NCBI GenBank assembly: GCA_963665325.3
Contig: OZ224045.1
Location: forward strand, 1,632,001-1,696,000
Length of the DNA: 64,000 bases
From: Alphaproteobacteria bacterium
GTDB taxonomy: Bacteria; Pseudomonadota; Alphaproteobacteria; Bin95
Reading direction: 5' to 3'
The notes under the pieces were generated by a model that did not search any database, was not told the origin of the DNA, and was given only the letters and a program-made list of their open reading frames with translations. Of the stretch, positions 49,650 to 59,744 are shown piece after piece (within the stretch, counting starts at the first letter, position 1; every line of letters begins with the position of its first letter). Position numbers and translations under genes: made by a program.

Positions 49650-50050
49650 TTCATGCGGCGGCGTAAGAATGTGCCATGGGCTTGGCGGTAGCTTGTCCCC
49701 ATAGTCCATGGGAGGGCCCCGCGCGCGGGGCGGCGCGCCCTCCACCTGGCTGGCGTCGGCCCGCGCGTGGGAGGGACCTGTGGTCTATGGGGGCAAGCGG
49801 GTTATTCGGAGGGGGCCCTCGTCGCGACCGGCTCTGCTTGAGCCTGCAGCTTTCGCCGTTCATCTCCAGGATGTGGAAATGGTGGGTGATACGGTCGAGC
49901 AGCGCGCCGGTGAGGCGCTCGCTGGCGAAGAGCGAGGTCCGTTCCTGGAAGGGCAGGTTCGAGGTGACGATGGTGGCGCTGTTTTCGTAGCGGCGGCTGA
50001 AGATGTCGAACAGCAGCTCGCTTCCGGTCTGCGAGAGGGGCACGTAGCCC
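49650..50050 (-). mobile_element. IS21 remnant (istB 3' part and partial right end)
   Basis: GYVPLSQTGSELLFDIFSRRYE...TSNLPF...ALLDRITHH..ILEMNGES; downstream repeat TGGCACATTCTTACGCCGCCGC. Confidence 0.8.
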
Positions 50051-50208
50051 TTCTCGTAAAACGGCATGGTTGCCTTCTCCTTGCGGCACCGGCGGTCCGC
50101 GCGACCTGGTTCGCGAACCCGGCTTCATTCCAAGGCCCATGCGCTTGCAGCGCGAGGAGGCGCGCATATGCTTGGCCGGATCCCCGAACGCCAGGAGCCC
50201 GGACCCCC

Positions 50209-51327
50209 ATGACCGTCCCGGACACCGAAGAGTTGCTCGACGGCATCAACCGCTGGGTCGCCATCGAGAGCAAGACGGACGACCGCGACGGCATCGCCCG
50301 GATGATGGCGGTGGCGGAGGCGGATTTCCGCGTGGCCGGGCTGGTCACGGAGACGATCCCCGGCCGTGCCGGCTTCGGGGATCTCTTGGCGGCGCGCGCA
50401 CCCTGGGGCGGCGACGGGCAGGGCATCCTGGTGCTCTGCCATCTCGACACGGTCCACCCGGCCGGGACGCTGGCCGCCAACCCGTTGCGCACCGAGGGCG
50501 ACCGGGCCTACGGACCCGGCATCTACGACATGAAGGGCGGCGTGTGGATCGCGCTGTCTGCGATCCGCTCCCTCGCCGAAGCGGGAGAGAAGACGCCGCT
50601 GCCGGTCCGCTTCCTGGTGGTGTCCGAAGAAGAGGTCGGCTCTCCCACTTCGCAACCCCACATCGTTGCGGCGGCGGAGCGGGCGAAATACGTGCTGGTG
50701 ACGGAGCCCGCACGCGACGGCGGATGCTGCGTGACCGGCCGCAAGGGCGCGGCGCGGATGAAGATTGCGGCGCGCGGAAAGCCCGCCCATTCCGGCGTGT
50801 CGCACCGGGACGGAGAAAGCGCGGTGCTGGAGATCGCCCGGCAGATCGTCGATCTGGAGGCGATGACGGATTACGAGACCGGCGTGACCGTCAATGTCGG
50901 CCTGCTCTCCGGCGGCACGGGCGTCAATGTCGTGCCGGAATACTGCACGGCGGAGCTGGATATCCGCATGACCCGGCCGGAGGACGGCGCGGCCGCGGTG
51001 GCGAGGGTGCAGGGGATCAAGCCCTACAACCCCGCGGTCGAGCTGACCGTCAGCGGGGGGATGAACCGGCCCCCTTACCGGAAATCGAACGCCATCGCCT
51101 CGCTCTACGAACATGCGCGCGAACTGGCCTCCGAGATCGGCTTCGAGCTGGGCGAGACCTTCACCGGCGGCGGCAGCGACGGCAATTTCACCGCGCCGGT
51201 CGCGCCGACTCTGGACGGTCTTGGGGTAGACGGGGCCGGCGCGCACACGCTGGAGGAGCATCTCTACGTCTCCTCGCTGGTTCCCCGCACGATGCTGCTG
51301 AGGCGGCTCTTCCAGACATTGAGCTAG
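50209..51327 (+). CDS. M20 metallopeptidase (glutamate carboxypeptidase-like)
   Basis: HLDTV, GPGIYDMKGG, EEEVGS, AHSG, GGSDGN and GAH. Confidence 0.92.
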   Translation: MTVPDTEELLDGINRWVAIESKTDDRDGIARMMAVAEADFRVAGLVTETIPGRAGFGDLLAARAPWGGDGQGILVLCHLDTVHPAGTLAANPLRTEGDRAYGPGIYDMKGGVWIALSAIRSLAEAGEKTPLPVRFLVVSEEEVGSPTSQPHIVAAAERAKYVLVTEPARDGGCCVTGRKGAARMKIAARGKPAHSGVSHRDGESAVLEIARQIVDLEAMTDYETGVTVNVGLLSGGTGVNVVPEYCTAELDIRMTRPEDGAAAVARVQGIKPYNPAVELTVSGGMNRPPYRKSNAIASLYEHARELASEIGFELGETFTGGGSDGNFTAPVAPTLDGLGVDGAGAHTLEEHLYVSSLVPRTMLLRRLFQTLS

Positions 51328-52375
51328 AGCGTGATGATTTCATACGGAAGCGTATCCGGCGTTTTGGATGTAGTTGGCACATTCTTGGGGTGAGAAGCGG
51401 TCGAGGAGGGTGCCGATACGCTGCCATGTGGTTTCGGTGGTTCGTTCGGCGGCGTCTCGCAACAGATGTTTGAGTTTGGCGAAGACCTGCTCGATCGGGT
51501 TCAGGTCGGGACTGTATGGCGGCAGGAACAGCAAGTGGGCGCCGGCATTTCGGATGGCCTTTCTGACGGTTGCGTTTTTGTGGCTGGCAAGATTGTCCAT
51601 AACGACCACATCGCTTGGGGTCAGCGTGGGGACGAGGAAGTGTTCGACATAGGTTTGGAAGGCCTTGGCGTTGACCGGTCCGTCGAGGACGCAAGGCGCG
51701 TCGATCCGGTCGACGCGCAGTGCGGCAATGAAGGTCATGGTGCGCCAGTGGCCGTGCGGCGCGCGCCCGATCAGGCGTTTGCCCTTCGGCGCCCAGCCGC
51801 GCAGCGGAGCCATGTTGGTTTTGGCCCAGGTCTCGTCGATGAAGACCAGCCGGCGCGGATCAACCCGTTTCTGGTGGCGCTTCCAGCGCGTCCGTCGGCG
51901 CGCGACGTCCGGGCGGCATTGCTCGCTGGCCAGCGCGGTTTTTTTTGAACGAGTAGCCCGCCCGATGCACCGCCGACCAGACCGTGCGGTAATCCACCCG
52001 GAGGCCGCGCGCGGCCAACTCGCTCACCAGACCACGCAGGGTGAACGGGGTTTCGATCCGCTCCAGAAGCCAGTCCTCATACGCCCCGACGATCTTGCGC
52101 GGACGCCGCCCGCCGATCTTCGCCGGCGCGCAACTGCCGGTCGCCCGCAGACGCTGCGACCACTTCACGATACTCGACGGCGCCACAGCGAGCGCCGACG
52201 CCACCTGACGGACGCTCTGTCCCTCGGCCAACCGGACCATCGCACGTTCGCGCAAGTCCATCGAAATTGCACGGCTCATCGACCAAGCCTCCCCTGTCGC
52301 AAAAACAACAGTGAATCAGCTCAAGCCTGAAACTGGAATCCCCTTGCGATTCTCAATTAAATCATCACGCTCTAG
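51324..52375 (-). mobile_element. Intact IS630-family element
   Basis: Perfect 17-bp inverted ends CTAGAGCGTGATGATTT / AAATCATCACGCTCTAG, including the CTAG target at both sides. Confidence 0.93.
51340..52279 (-). CDS. IS630 transposase split over two frames at an A8 run (51939-51946)
   Basis: OrfA MSRAISMDLRER...GYSFKK; second frame KTALASEQ...LVFIDETW...MDNL...LPPYSPDLNPIE. Confidence 0.88.
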
Positions 52376-52649
52376 TATCCCGGAATCGCAGTGCGTTGCA
52401 CTGCAAAACAGCCGTCCGGGCGCCTCCATCCTGTCATGCTGTCTAACGTCAGCGCCTGTGGGACAGGCTGAGGAATTTTCATAAGGGAGGATTTCTGGCT
52501 CATCGCAGTGACCGAAGGGAACGAAGATGAGACTCCCGGCCGTTGCGGCCGCCGCTACTATTGGGCGGCGGGGCGGCCCGGTTCGAAGAGGTACGTCAGC
52601 CGGTCGAATTTGCCCGCTTGCGCATGAACCGGCCTGCTGCGAATACCCC

Positions 52650-52880
52650 GGCCAGGATGACGAAGCCGGCGGCGTTCGAGGACGCGGAGAATCGTATTCG
52701 GGAGAGCGTGAACGCGCTGGGCTACGAGGTACTGGGGCCTGGATCGAGCACCTTGACGACGGGGCTCTGCGGGTCGAACGGGCCGGGCAGCGGCGGTTCC
52801 GTGTGGCGGCCCCCGCCTTCGCGAGGGCAGGCTTTGCCGAAGACGATCATGAGCACACTCGGCCCGGTGACCTACAGGCG
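52650..52880 (+). pseudogene. Degenerate transposase fragment (ISKra4-like?)
   Basis: Fragments AFEDAENRIRESVNALG / WIEHLDDGALRVERAG / KTIMSTLGPVTYRR in shifting frames. Confidence 0.35.
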
Positions 52881-53135
52881 GGGGATATCCGCGGGCCAGT
52901 GGTCGGAAGAGTGCTGGATCATTTGGGCATTGAGACGGCCTGCCGCGAGGCAGCGAATGCCTCCGGATCGGAGTCCGGGGCCGGGCGCGGGACGGCGGCG
53001 GCGATGGAGGAGACGGGCGCCGGCCGTGCGGCGCGCGGTTTCAACGCCGGTCGGCGCCGCTAGCTGTCGAACCTGCCTGACTTCGAGGGTGAAAGACCGT
53101 CCGCTCGACAACAGGCGGATCGGTCCTGCCTGCCG

Positions 53136-54308
53136 TTATCGTCTCAATGTCATGCCTTCTGTCGCCTCTCCCGCCATGACCCGCGCCATCGCGGCCCCAA
53201 CCCGCTCCGCTGCCTTTTCAATGTCGCGATCCGCGAGATGGGCGTAACGCAGCGTCATCTGCACGTTGGAGTGCCCGAGCAGGCGGGAGACGACCGGCAC
53301 CGGCACGCCGTTCATCACGGCATGGCTTGCCATCGTGTGACGCAGGTCGTGAAGGCGGACGTCCTCGATTCCGGCCTCGCGGCGCACGCGATACCACAGT
53401 TTGAGATCGTGGCAGCGCGGCCGGGCGGGGTCGTGCGGCGAGGGAAACACGAACGGGCCGGCCCTGCGCGGCTGCCGGTCGAGGATCGCGCGGGCGCCGC
53501 TGCCGATCGGCACCGTCCTCGGCCCCGTCTTGCTGTCCTTGAGGGCCAGCATGCCGTCGTGAACCTCGGACCAGCGCAGGCCCATGATCTCGCCTTTGCG
53601 GCAGCCGGTGAGCAGCAGCAGGCGGACGATGTCGGCCTGCTGCCGGTCGCCGTTGCGGGTCTGCGCGTCGAGGACCCGGTGGAGACGGGTGAGTTCCTCC
53701 GTGGACAGGAAGCGCGTGAGCTTCCGCTGCCGGTTGAACGCGATGCCTTCGGCGGGATTGCGTTCGATATGGCCGCAGGCGGCGGCGAAGTTCAGGATCT
53801 GCCGCAGGCGCTCAAGGATATGATTGGCATTGCCAGGGGCCGTGCGGCTGTGTCGCTCGAACCAGCGCCGGATGCCTGCATCGTTTATGCGGTCCAGCGG
53901 TTTCTCCCCGAAGATCGGCAGAAGATGGCCCGCCATCTGATAACGGACCGTCCGCTGCGTCGAAGGCTTGTAGGCGTCGAAATGCGCTTCCTTCCACGGA
54001 CCGGCGACGAAGTCCCGAAACAGCGGGGCCGCAGGCGCCGCCGCCTTCCCCTCAAGTTCCGGGCTCGCCCGGCGGACGTGGCATTCCCGGCGGGCTTTTT
54101 CCAGGCTCTTCACGCCGACCGGACCGAGCGAGACGCGTTTCGTGCGCCTGCCCGCGTCCAGCAACAGCACATAGCTGCGCCCGCCGGAGGGACGGACCCG
54201 AATGCCGAGGCCGGAAGCGCGGCTGTCCCAGACGGTGTATTCGCGCTCGCGGGGACGGAGGCGGACGATGGCCGCGTCGGTCAGTTTCATCCTCTCCCTC
54301 GCCGGCAT
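53136..54308 (-). CDS. Tyrosine recombinase with N-terminal arm-binding domain (second of pair)
   Basis: KLTD...WD...GLGIRV.PSG; catalytic TGCR, SKTG, HDLRH, LLGH and RYAH. Confidence 0.93.
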   Translation of the reverse strand: MPARERMKLTDAAIVRLRPREREYTVWDSRASGLGIRVRPSGGRSYVLLLDAGRRTKRVSLGPVGVKSLEKARRECHVRRASPELEGKAAAPAAPLFRDFVAGPWKEAHFDAYKPSTQRTVRYQMAGHLLPIFGEKPLDRINDAGIRRWFERHSRTAPGNANHILERLRQILNFAAACGHIERNPAEGIAFNRQRKLTRFLSTEELTRLHRVLDAQTRNGDRQQADIVRLLLLTGCRKGEIMGLRWSEVHDGMLALKDSKTGPRTVPIGSGARAILDRQPRRAGPFVFPSPHDPARPRCHDLKLWYRVRREAGIEDVRLHDLRHTMASHAVMNGVPVPVVSRLLGHSNVQMTLRYAHLADRDIEKAAERVGAAMARVMAGEATEGMTLRR

Positions 54309-54311
54309 GGG

Positions 54312-55433
54312 TCAGCCCTCGAGAGCGGCGCCGACCGTCTCGGCGGCGTCGCGTACCATGGCGTCGGCAAGGTGGATGTATTTCAGGGTCGTCTCCGGCT
54401 TGCGGTGACCGAGCAGCCGGCCGATCGCCAGCACGGTCTCGCCCTGCCTGAGGGCCAGACTGGCCACGGTGTGGCGCAGGTCGTGCAGATGTGCGTCTCC
54501 GAGGTCCGCCTCGGCGCGGACCCTGAACCAGAAATGATCCAGCCAGTCGATGCTCCGGTGCCGGTCGCCCCGCAAGGACGGGAACACCCAGCGCCCGTTT
54601 CTCCCGATGCCGTCGAGAACGCCGCGCGCCGGTCCGGACAACCAGACGGTTCTCGGACCGGTCTTGCTGTCGCGGAGATGTAAATGACCGTCCCGGTAGT
54701 CGGACCATTGCAGGGTCAGTATCTCGCTCTTGCGGCATCCGGTGAGCAAAAGCAGGCGGATGAGCGCGACCTGCCCGGGCCATCGGGCTTCGTGCGCGGC
54801 GAGCCTGGCGGACAGGCGGCGGATTTCATCGTCGGACAGGAACCGTTCGCGGCCCTTGCGGCGGTAGCGCCTGATGCCCCGGCAGGGATTGGAGCCTTCC
54901 GGGCGCAGACCCATCCGCTCCGCTTCTCTCATGATGACGGACAGCACCGGCATGGACCGGTCGGCGGCGGCGGGCGTGGCCCGCAGGCGGGCGAACCAGT
55001 TCCGCACCTCCTGCCGGTTGATGTCGGCAATCGGACGCCTGGCGAAATGCGGCAGGATCTGGTTGTGCAGATAGCCGCGATTGACTGCGAGCGTTCCCGG
55101 CTTCCAGACCCCCTCGTGACGCCGGAACGCGGCTTCGGCGACGGCCCCGAACGGCATCTCGCCGGGCGGGGCAGGTTCGTCCTCGCCGCGCCGGATGGCG
55201 ATGAGCATCTCGCCTGCCAGAAACCGCGCCTCGGACACGCTCAGGCTGCCGGCGTTGCCGACGATCTTCCAGACGCGCTCTCCATGATGCTGGCACTGGA
55301 TGAAGAACTGCTTGCGGCCCGAGGGCGACACGCGGACGCCAAAGCCTCTCAGCTTGCCGTCGCGGATGTCGCGGACCGTCTTGCGGGGTTTGAGCGCCCT
55401 GACGCGGGCGTCGGTAAGGGTGGCTCTGGGCAA
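54312..55433 (-). CDS. Tyrosine recombinase with N-terminal arm-binding domain (first of pair)
   Basis: LTD...GFGVRVSPSG; catalytic TGCR, SKTG, HDLRH, LLGH and KYIH; 3 bp from the second recombinase. Confidence 0.93.
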   Translation of the reverse strand: MPRATLTDARVRALKPRKTVRDIRDGKLRGFGVRVSPSGRKQFFIQCQHHGERVWKIVGNAGSLSVSEARFLAGEMLIAIRRGEDEPAPPGEMPFGAVAEAAFRRHEGVWKPGTLAVNRGYLHNQILPHFARRPIADINRQEVRNWFARLRATPAAADRSMPVLSVIMREAERMGLRPEGSNPCRGIRRYRRKGRERFLSDDEIRRLSARLAAHEARWPGQVALIRLLLLTGCRKSEILTLQWSDYRDGHLHLRDSKTGPRTVWLSGPARGVLDGIGRNGRWVFPSLRGDRHRSIDWLDHFWFRVRAEADLGDAHLHDLRHTVASLALRQGETVLAIGRLLGHRKPETTLKYIHLADAMVRDAAETVGAALEG

Positions 55434-55534
55434 ATGACTTCTCCCGGCTCCGGTTGCAGTCGGGGAACAGGCACTTGCGAACCCGTGTCCCGACCGCTAC
55501 ATTTCGGGAGAAAAAACGACGCTATATCCGATAG

Positions 55535-58500
55535 TTAGCACCCACCGGTGCGTGTGACGGTGTGGGCGGTCGTGGTTGCAGTGCTGTCGGGAACGTCGGT
55601 CCAGTCGCCGTAACCGCCCGTGGTCTTGTAGCTGTATTGCCAGCTGGTGATGGTGCTGTTGCCGGGGTCGGTCCAGCTCAGCGAGACCTGCCCGTCGCCC
55701 GCGGTCGCGGCGAAGCCTGTCGGCTTGGCCGGCACGGCGAGCGGGGTTGCGGTTTTCTCGTCGGATGCCGCACCGTTTCCGCTGACGTTTACGGCGCGGA
55801 CCTTGAAGGTGTGAGCGGTGCCGTTGGTGAGCCCGGTGACGATGTGGGCGGTCGTGGTTGCAGTGCTGTCGGGAACGTCGGTCCAGTCACCGTAACCGCC
55901 CGTGGTCTTGTAGCTGTATTGCCAGCCGGAGATGGTGCTGTTGCCGGGGTCGGTCCAGCTCAGCGAGACCTGTCCGTCGCCCGCTGCGGCGGCGAAGCCC
56001 GTGGGCTTGGCCGGTACGGCGAGCGGGGTTGCGGTTTTCTCGTCGGATGCCGCACCGTTTCCGCTGACGTTTACGGCGCGGACCTTGAAGGTGTGGGCGG
56101 TTCCGTTGGTGAGCCCGGTGACGATGTGGGCGGTCGTGGTTGCAGTGCTGTCGGGAACGTCGGTCCAGTCGCCATAGCCGCCCGTGGTCTTGTAGCTGTA
56201 TTGCCAGCCGGCGATGGTCGCGTTCGACGGGTCGTCCCATGCCAAGACAACCAGTGCCTCTCCGGGCGTCGCCGTGAAACCGGCCGGTTTGGCCGGAGGG
56301 GGCAATATCGGCGTCACCGTCACCTCGTCCGATGCCTCGCTGTTGCCTCCGCCGTTTACAGCGCGAATCGTGAGCGTATGGGCGACGCCGTTGGTGAGCC
56401 CGGTGACGGGATAACCGGTTGTCGTTGCGGTGCTGTCGGGAATGTCGGCCCAGTCGCCATAGCCGCCTGTTGTTTTGTAGGCGTATTGCCATTTGGAAAT
56501 GGTTGCGTTCGACGGATCGTCCCATGTCAACGCCGCCCGGCCATCGCCCGCTGTCGCCGAAAGGCCCGTAGGCTTGGCCGGAGGCGGCGGCTGTGGCGTC
56601 GCGGTCCGCTCGTCCGATTCGTAGCCATTGGTGCCGTTAACCGCACGAATCTTGAAAACATAAGTCGTGCCGTTATCGAGGCTCATTACAGCGTATCGGG
56701 CGGTCTTCGCGCCGCTGCCGGGAATGCTCCTCCAATGGTCCATATAATCGCTGCCCGGCGTCTTGTAGTTGTATTGCCAGTCCTCGATGCTGGCATCGTC
56801 TGGGTCGTTCCATGTCAGCACGACTTGGCCGTTGCCGGCCTCGGCCCCGAAGCCCGTTGGCTTGGCCGGAGCCGCAAATTGAGGCGTAGCGAACGCCTCG
56901 TCGGACTGCAGCCCGGCGCCGCTTCCGTTGACTGCGTGAATCCTGAAAGTATAGGCCGTGCCGTTGGTCAGGCCGGTTACGGTGTAGCGGACCGTCGTGG
57001 CGCCGCTACCGGGGATGTCCGTCCAGGCGCCGTAATCCCCGGTCGTCTTCAGGCTGTATTGCCAGCCGGCGATGCTGCTGTTGCCGGGGTCGGTCCAGAG
57101 CAGCCTTGCCTGCGTGTTGCCTGCTACGATCCGGAAGCCGGCAGGCTTCGCCGGGACCGGTATGGGTGTGGCGGCGACGCCTTCGGACTCCGCTCCATCG
57201 CCGCTGCCGTTGACAGCCCTGATCCTGAATACATGCTCCACTTCGTTCGTGAGGCCCGTAACGGTATGTTCCGTGGTTTGGGCGCCGCTGCCGGAAATAT
57301 CGATCCAGTCGCCATAGTCGCCTGCGGTTTTCCAAGAATACTGCCACCCGGCGATCGAGGCGTTCATCGGGTCGTTCCATTCGAGGACGACCTGCGCATC
57401 CCTCGCGGTGACGGCAAAGCCCGCCGGCTTCGCCGGAACCGAAAGCGGCGTCGCGGAAGCCTCGTCGGACTCCGGGCCGTCGCCGACATCGTTCACCGCC
57501 CGTATCCTGATCGTATAGGTCGTTCCGTTGATTAGGCTACCGACCGTATGGCTGGTGGTAGTTGCGCCGCTGCCGGGAATATCGGTCCAATCTCCGTAAT
57601 CTCCGGAGGTCTTGTAGGTGTATTGCCACTTCAGGATCGAGGCGTCGGAAGGGTCCGTCCACGACAGGGTAATCTGTCCATCGCCCGTCAGCACGGCGAG
57701 GCCCGTCGGCTTGTCCGGAGTCCTTGCCGTCGGAGTAGTCGAAACTTCATCAGATTCCGCGCCACCGCCGACATTGTTGACGGCGCGAATCTTGAATGTG
57801 TAAAGGGTGTCGTTTGCAAGCGTGGAAACGACATGGCGCACCGTGGTCGCGCCGCTTTCCGCGATGTCGGTCCAGTCGCCGTAACCGGCTGTCGTCTTGT
57901 AGGCGTATTGCCATTTTTCGATCGTATCGTCGTCCGGGTTGTCCCAGGTCAGCGTGGCCTTGCGGTTCCCGGGCTCGACCGAGAATCCTGTCGGTTTTTC
58001 GGGAGCAGAAACCATCGGTATGGTCGATACTTCATCTGAAATAGGGCTGAATCCAAAGGAATTATATGATCTTACCTGAAACGTGTATTCGGTGCTGTTT
58101 TCGAGACTGTCGACGATATGGGTTGTCGTGTAGGCACTGGAACCTGGTATGGGGTCCCAGCTTCCGTATGAGCCACCCGATTCTTTCTGTCTGTAGTCCC
58201 AGATCTGTATGCTGATATAATCTGCCTCGTCCCATGTCAGAGTAGCTGTTCCGTTGCCGGGGGCGACTTGCAACCCTGTCGGTTTGTTCGGAGAAAAGCC
58301 GTAAGATTCGCCAGTTTTCTCTGAAGATTGAATGCCATTACCGGTATCATTAACCGCTCGAATCGCCAAATCATAGAACTTGTTATTTGCGAGTCCGGTA
58401 ACGGTATGGCGTCTTGTGTTCGGACCACTCCCTTCCATATCCATCCATTCACCGTAGGAGATGTCCGTATTCAGTTTGTATCTATATTGCCACTTGGTAA

Positions 58501-58738
58501 TCGTCGCATCGTCCGGGCCCGTCCAACGCAAGCCGATCTCCTTGTAGCCATCGACTACCGTGAATCCAGTCGGCTTCGCCGGGGCCGTCTGCGCGCCGAC
58601 TCCGCCTGGCATGACCACCGCGGCGCAGGCCAGCAGGGCCGCTACAGAAGCGCACCGCCAGCACTGCGAAATCGCGGCCAGGCGCGGCAATCCGAGGCCG
58701 CCCGGCGTCGAAAACAAAAGCTGCCCCCCTCTCTGCAC
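55535..58738 (-). CDS. Secreted fibronectin type III repeat protein, C-terminally truncated
   Basis: Signal-like N-terminus, then 10 complete and 1 partial ~94-aa FN3 units (PxKPxG...LxW...WQY...GLTNGxxYxFxIRAVN). The last unit breaks at 55554 into unrelated RTGGC*. Confidence 0.88.
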   Translation of the reverse strand: MQRGGQLLFSTPGGLGLPRLAAISQCWRCASVAALLACAAVVMPGGVGAQTAPAKPTGFTVVDGYKEIGLRWTGPDDATITKWQYRYKLNTDISYGEWMDMEGSGPNTRRHTVTGLANNKFYDLAIRAVNDTGNGIQSSEKTGESYGFSPNKPTGLQVAPGNGTATLTWDEADYISIQIWDYRQKESGGSYGSWDPIPGSSAYTTTHIVDSLENSTEYTFQVRSYNSFGFSPISDEVSTIPMVSAPEKPTGFSVEPGNRKATLTWDNPDDDTIEKWQYAYKTTAGYGDWTDIAESGATTVRHVVSTLANDTLYTFKIRAVNNVGGGAESDEVSTTPTARTPDKPTGLAVLTGDGQITLSWTDPSDASILKWQYTYKTSGDYGDWTDIPGSGATTTSHTVGSLINGTTYTIRIRAVNDVGDGPESDEASATPLSVPAKPAGFAVTARDAQVVLEWNDPMNASIAGWQYSWKTAGDYGDWIDISGSGAQTTEHTVTGLTNEVEHVFRIRAVNGSGDGAESEGVAATPIPVPAKPAGFRIVAGNTQARLLWTDPGNSSIAGWQYSLKTTGDYGAWTDIPGSGATTVRYTVTGLTNGTAYTFRIHAVNGSGAGLQSDEAFATPQFAAPAKPTGFGAEAGNGQVVLTWNDPDDASIEDWQYNYKTPGSDYMDHWRSIPGSGAKTARYAVMSLDNGTTYVFKIRAVNGTNGYESDERTATPQPPPPAKPTGLSATAGDGRAALTWDDPSNATISKWQYAYKTTGGYGDWADIPDSTATTTGYPVTGLTNGVAHTLTIRAVNGGGNSEASDEVTVTPILPPPAKPAGFTATPGEALVVLAWDDPSNATIAGWQYSYKTTGGYGDWTDVPDSTATTTAHIVTGLTNGTAHTFKVRAVNVSGNGAASDEKTATPLAVPAKPTGFAAAAGDGQVSLSWTDPGNSTISGWQYSYKTTGGYGDWTDVPDSTATTTAHIVTGLTNGTAHTFKVRAVNVSGNGAASDEKTATPLAVPAKPTGFAATAGDGQVSLSWTDPGNSTITSWQYSYKTTGGYGDWTDVPDSTATTTAHTVTRTGGC
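55554..56210. repeat. Near-identical 282-bp tandem repeats (FN3 units 9-11)
   Basis: GTCGTGGTTGCAGTGCTGTCGGGAACGTCGGTCCAGTC recurs at 55569, 55851 and 56133. Confidence 0.9.
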
Positions 58739-58988
58739 GCCGAAGCTGAGCGGCTACGGAGTACCTGTGTTCGCAATCACCGATTCGGAAGTGAACCGGC
58801 TCGCTCCCCAAGGTCGTCGGTGTTCATGTCCTTCCTGCCGATGCAGTTCCCGAATGATCACATCCCGCAAATCGATCCGGTAACGCGGACGCGCTATCGT
58901 CTGCACGTCCCGCCGAACTTCCGTAATGCTGTGCATTTGAAGTTCCAAATGCATTTTTCAAAAAACCAAATGCAAAACAGGAATAATG

Positions 58989-59548
58989 TGTATTAGCTGG
59001 GACTTAATCTGGCAGATTGGTAATAACTGGCGGGTTTCTGACCACGGGGCGGGGCATGCCCTGGTCCGTGGTCGCCCGAAAAGGAACCTGAGGATGATTA
59101 AGGACCAGAAGATCATTCGAGCGAAGGTGGGCCTGCTGGAGCTGGCCAAGCAGCTCGGCAATGTCAGCCAGGCCTGCAAGATGATGGGCTACAGCCGGGA
59201 CAGCTTCTACCGCTTCAAGGAGCTCTACGACAAAGGCGGGGAAGCGGCCCTGATGGAGATCAGCCGCTCGAAGCCGATCCTGAGGAACCGGGTGGCGCCG
59301 GAGATCGAGAAGGCGGTGGTGGCGCTGGCGATCGACCAGCCGGCCTGGGGCCAGGTGCGGGTGTCGAACGCGCTGCGCTCGTGCGGCCTGTCGGTCTCGC
59401 CGGCCGGGGTTCGCTGCGTGTGGCAGCGCCACGACCTGGAGAACATGAACAAGCGTCTGAAGGCGCTGGAGGCCAAGGCCGCACAGGATGGCCTCGTGTT
59501 CACCGAAGACCAGATCGCGGCGCTCGAGAAGGCCAAGGCCGACAAGGG
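58989..59548 (+). mobile_element. IS481-family left end with 5' part of the transposase (ATG 59094)
   Basis: TGTATTAGCTGGGACTTAATCTGGCAG terminus; [35 protein letters not shown]...; truncated before the DDE domain. Confidence 0.85.
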
Positions 59549-59552
59549 GGCA

Positions 59553-59630
59553 TCACTGGCGCAATTCTGCGCCGCCGCGACCCGACCAACCGGGCGCTTC
59601 CTGTGGAGCATTATTCCGCCGCCGTTAACA
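59553..59630 (+). mobile_element. Orphan IS21-type right end
   Basis: Repeats TGGCGCAATTCTGCGCCGCCG and TGGAGCATTATTCCGCCGCCG ending in TTAACA. Confidence 0.65.
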
Positions 59631-59744
59631 CCCGTATCTATCGCCCACGCGACCGGGAGCGGCCCCCTGCCTGTTGAGAGGCACAATCCACCGCCGGCGC
59701 GCATTCCCCTGCAGTTTGAATTGCGGCCCGACGGCGCGCCAGTA

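Noticed and set aside
47588-49666. 692-aa plus-strand ORF
   Set aside because: Antisense shadow of oppA/oppB.
55554-56210. Direct repeats as a CRISPR array or DGR template
   Set aside because: 282-bp in-frame coding repeats with no unique spacers, and no cas or reverse transcriptase gene in the window.
55562-57535. 657-aa repetitive plus-strand ORF
   Set aside because: Mirror of the FN3 repeats on the opposite strand.
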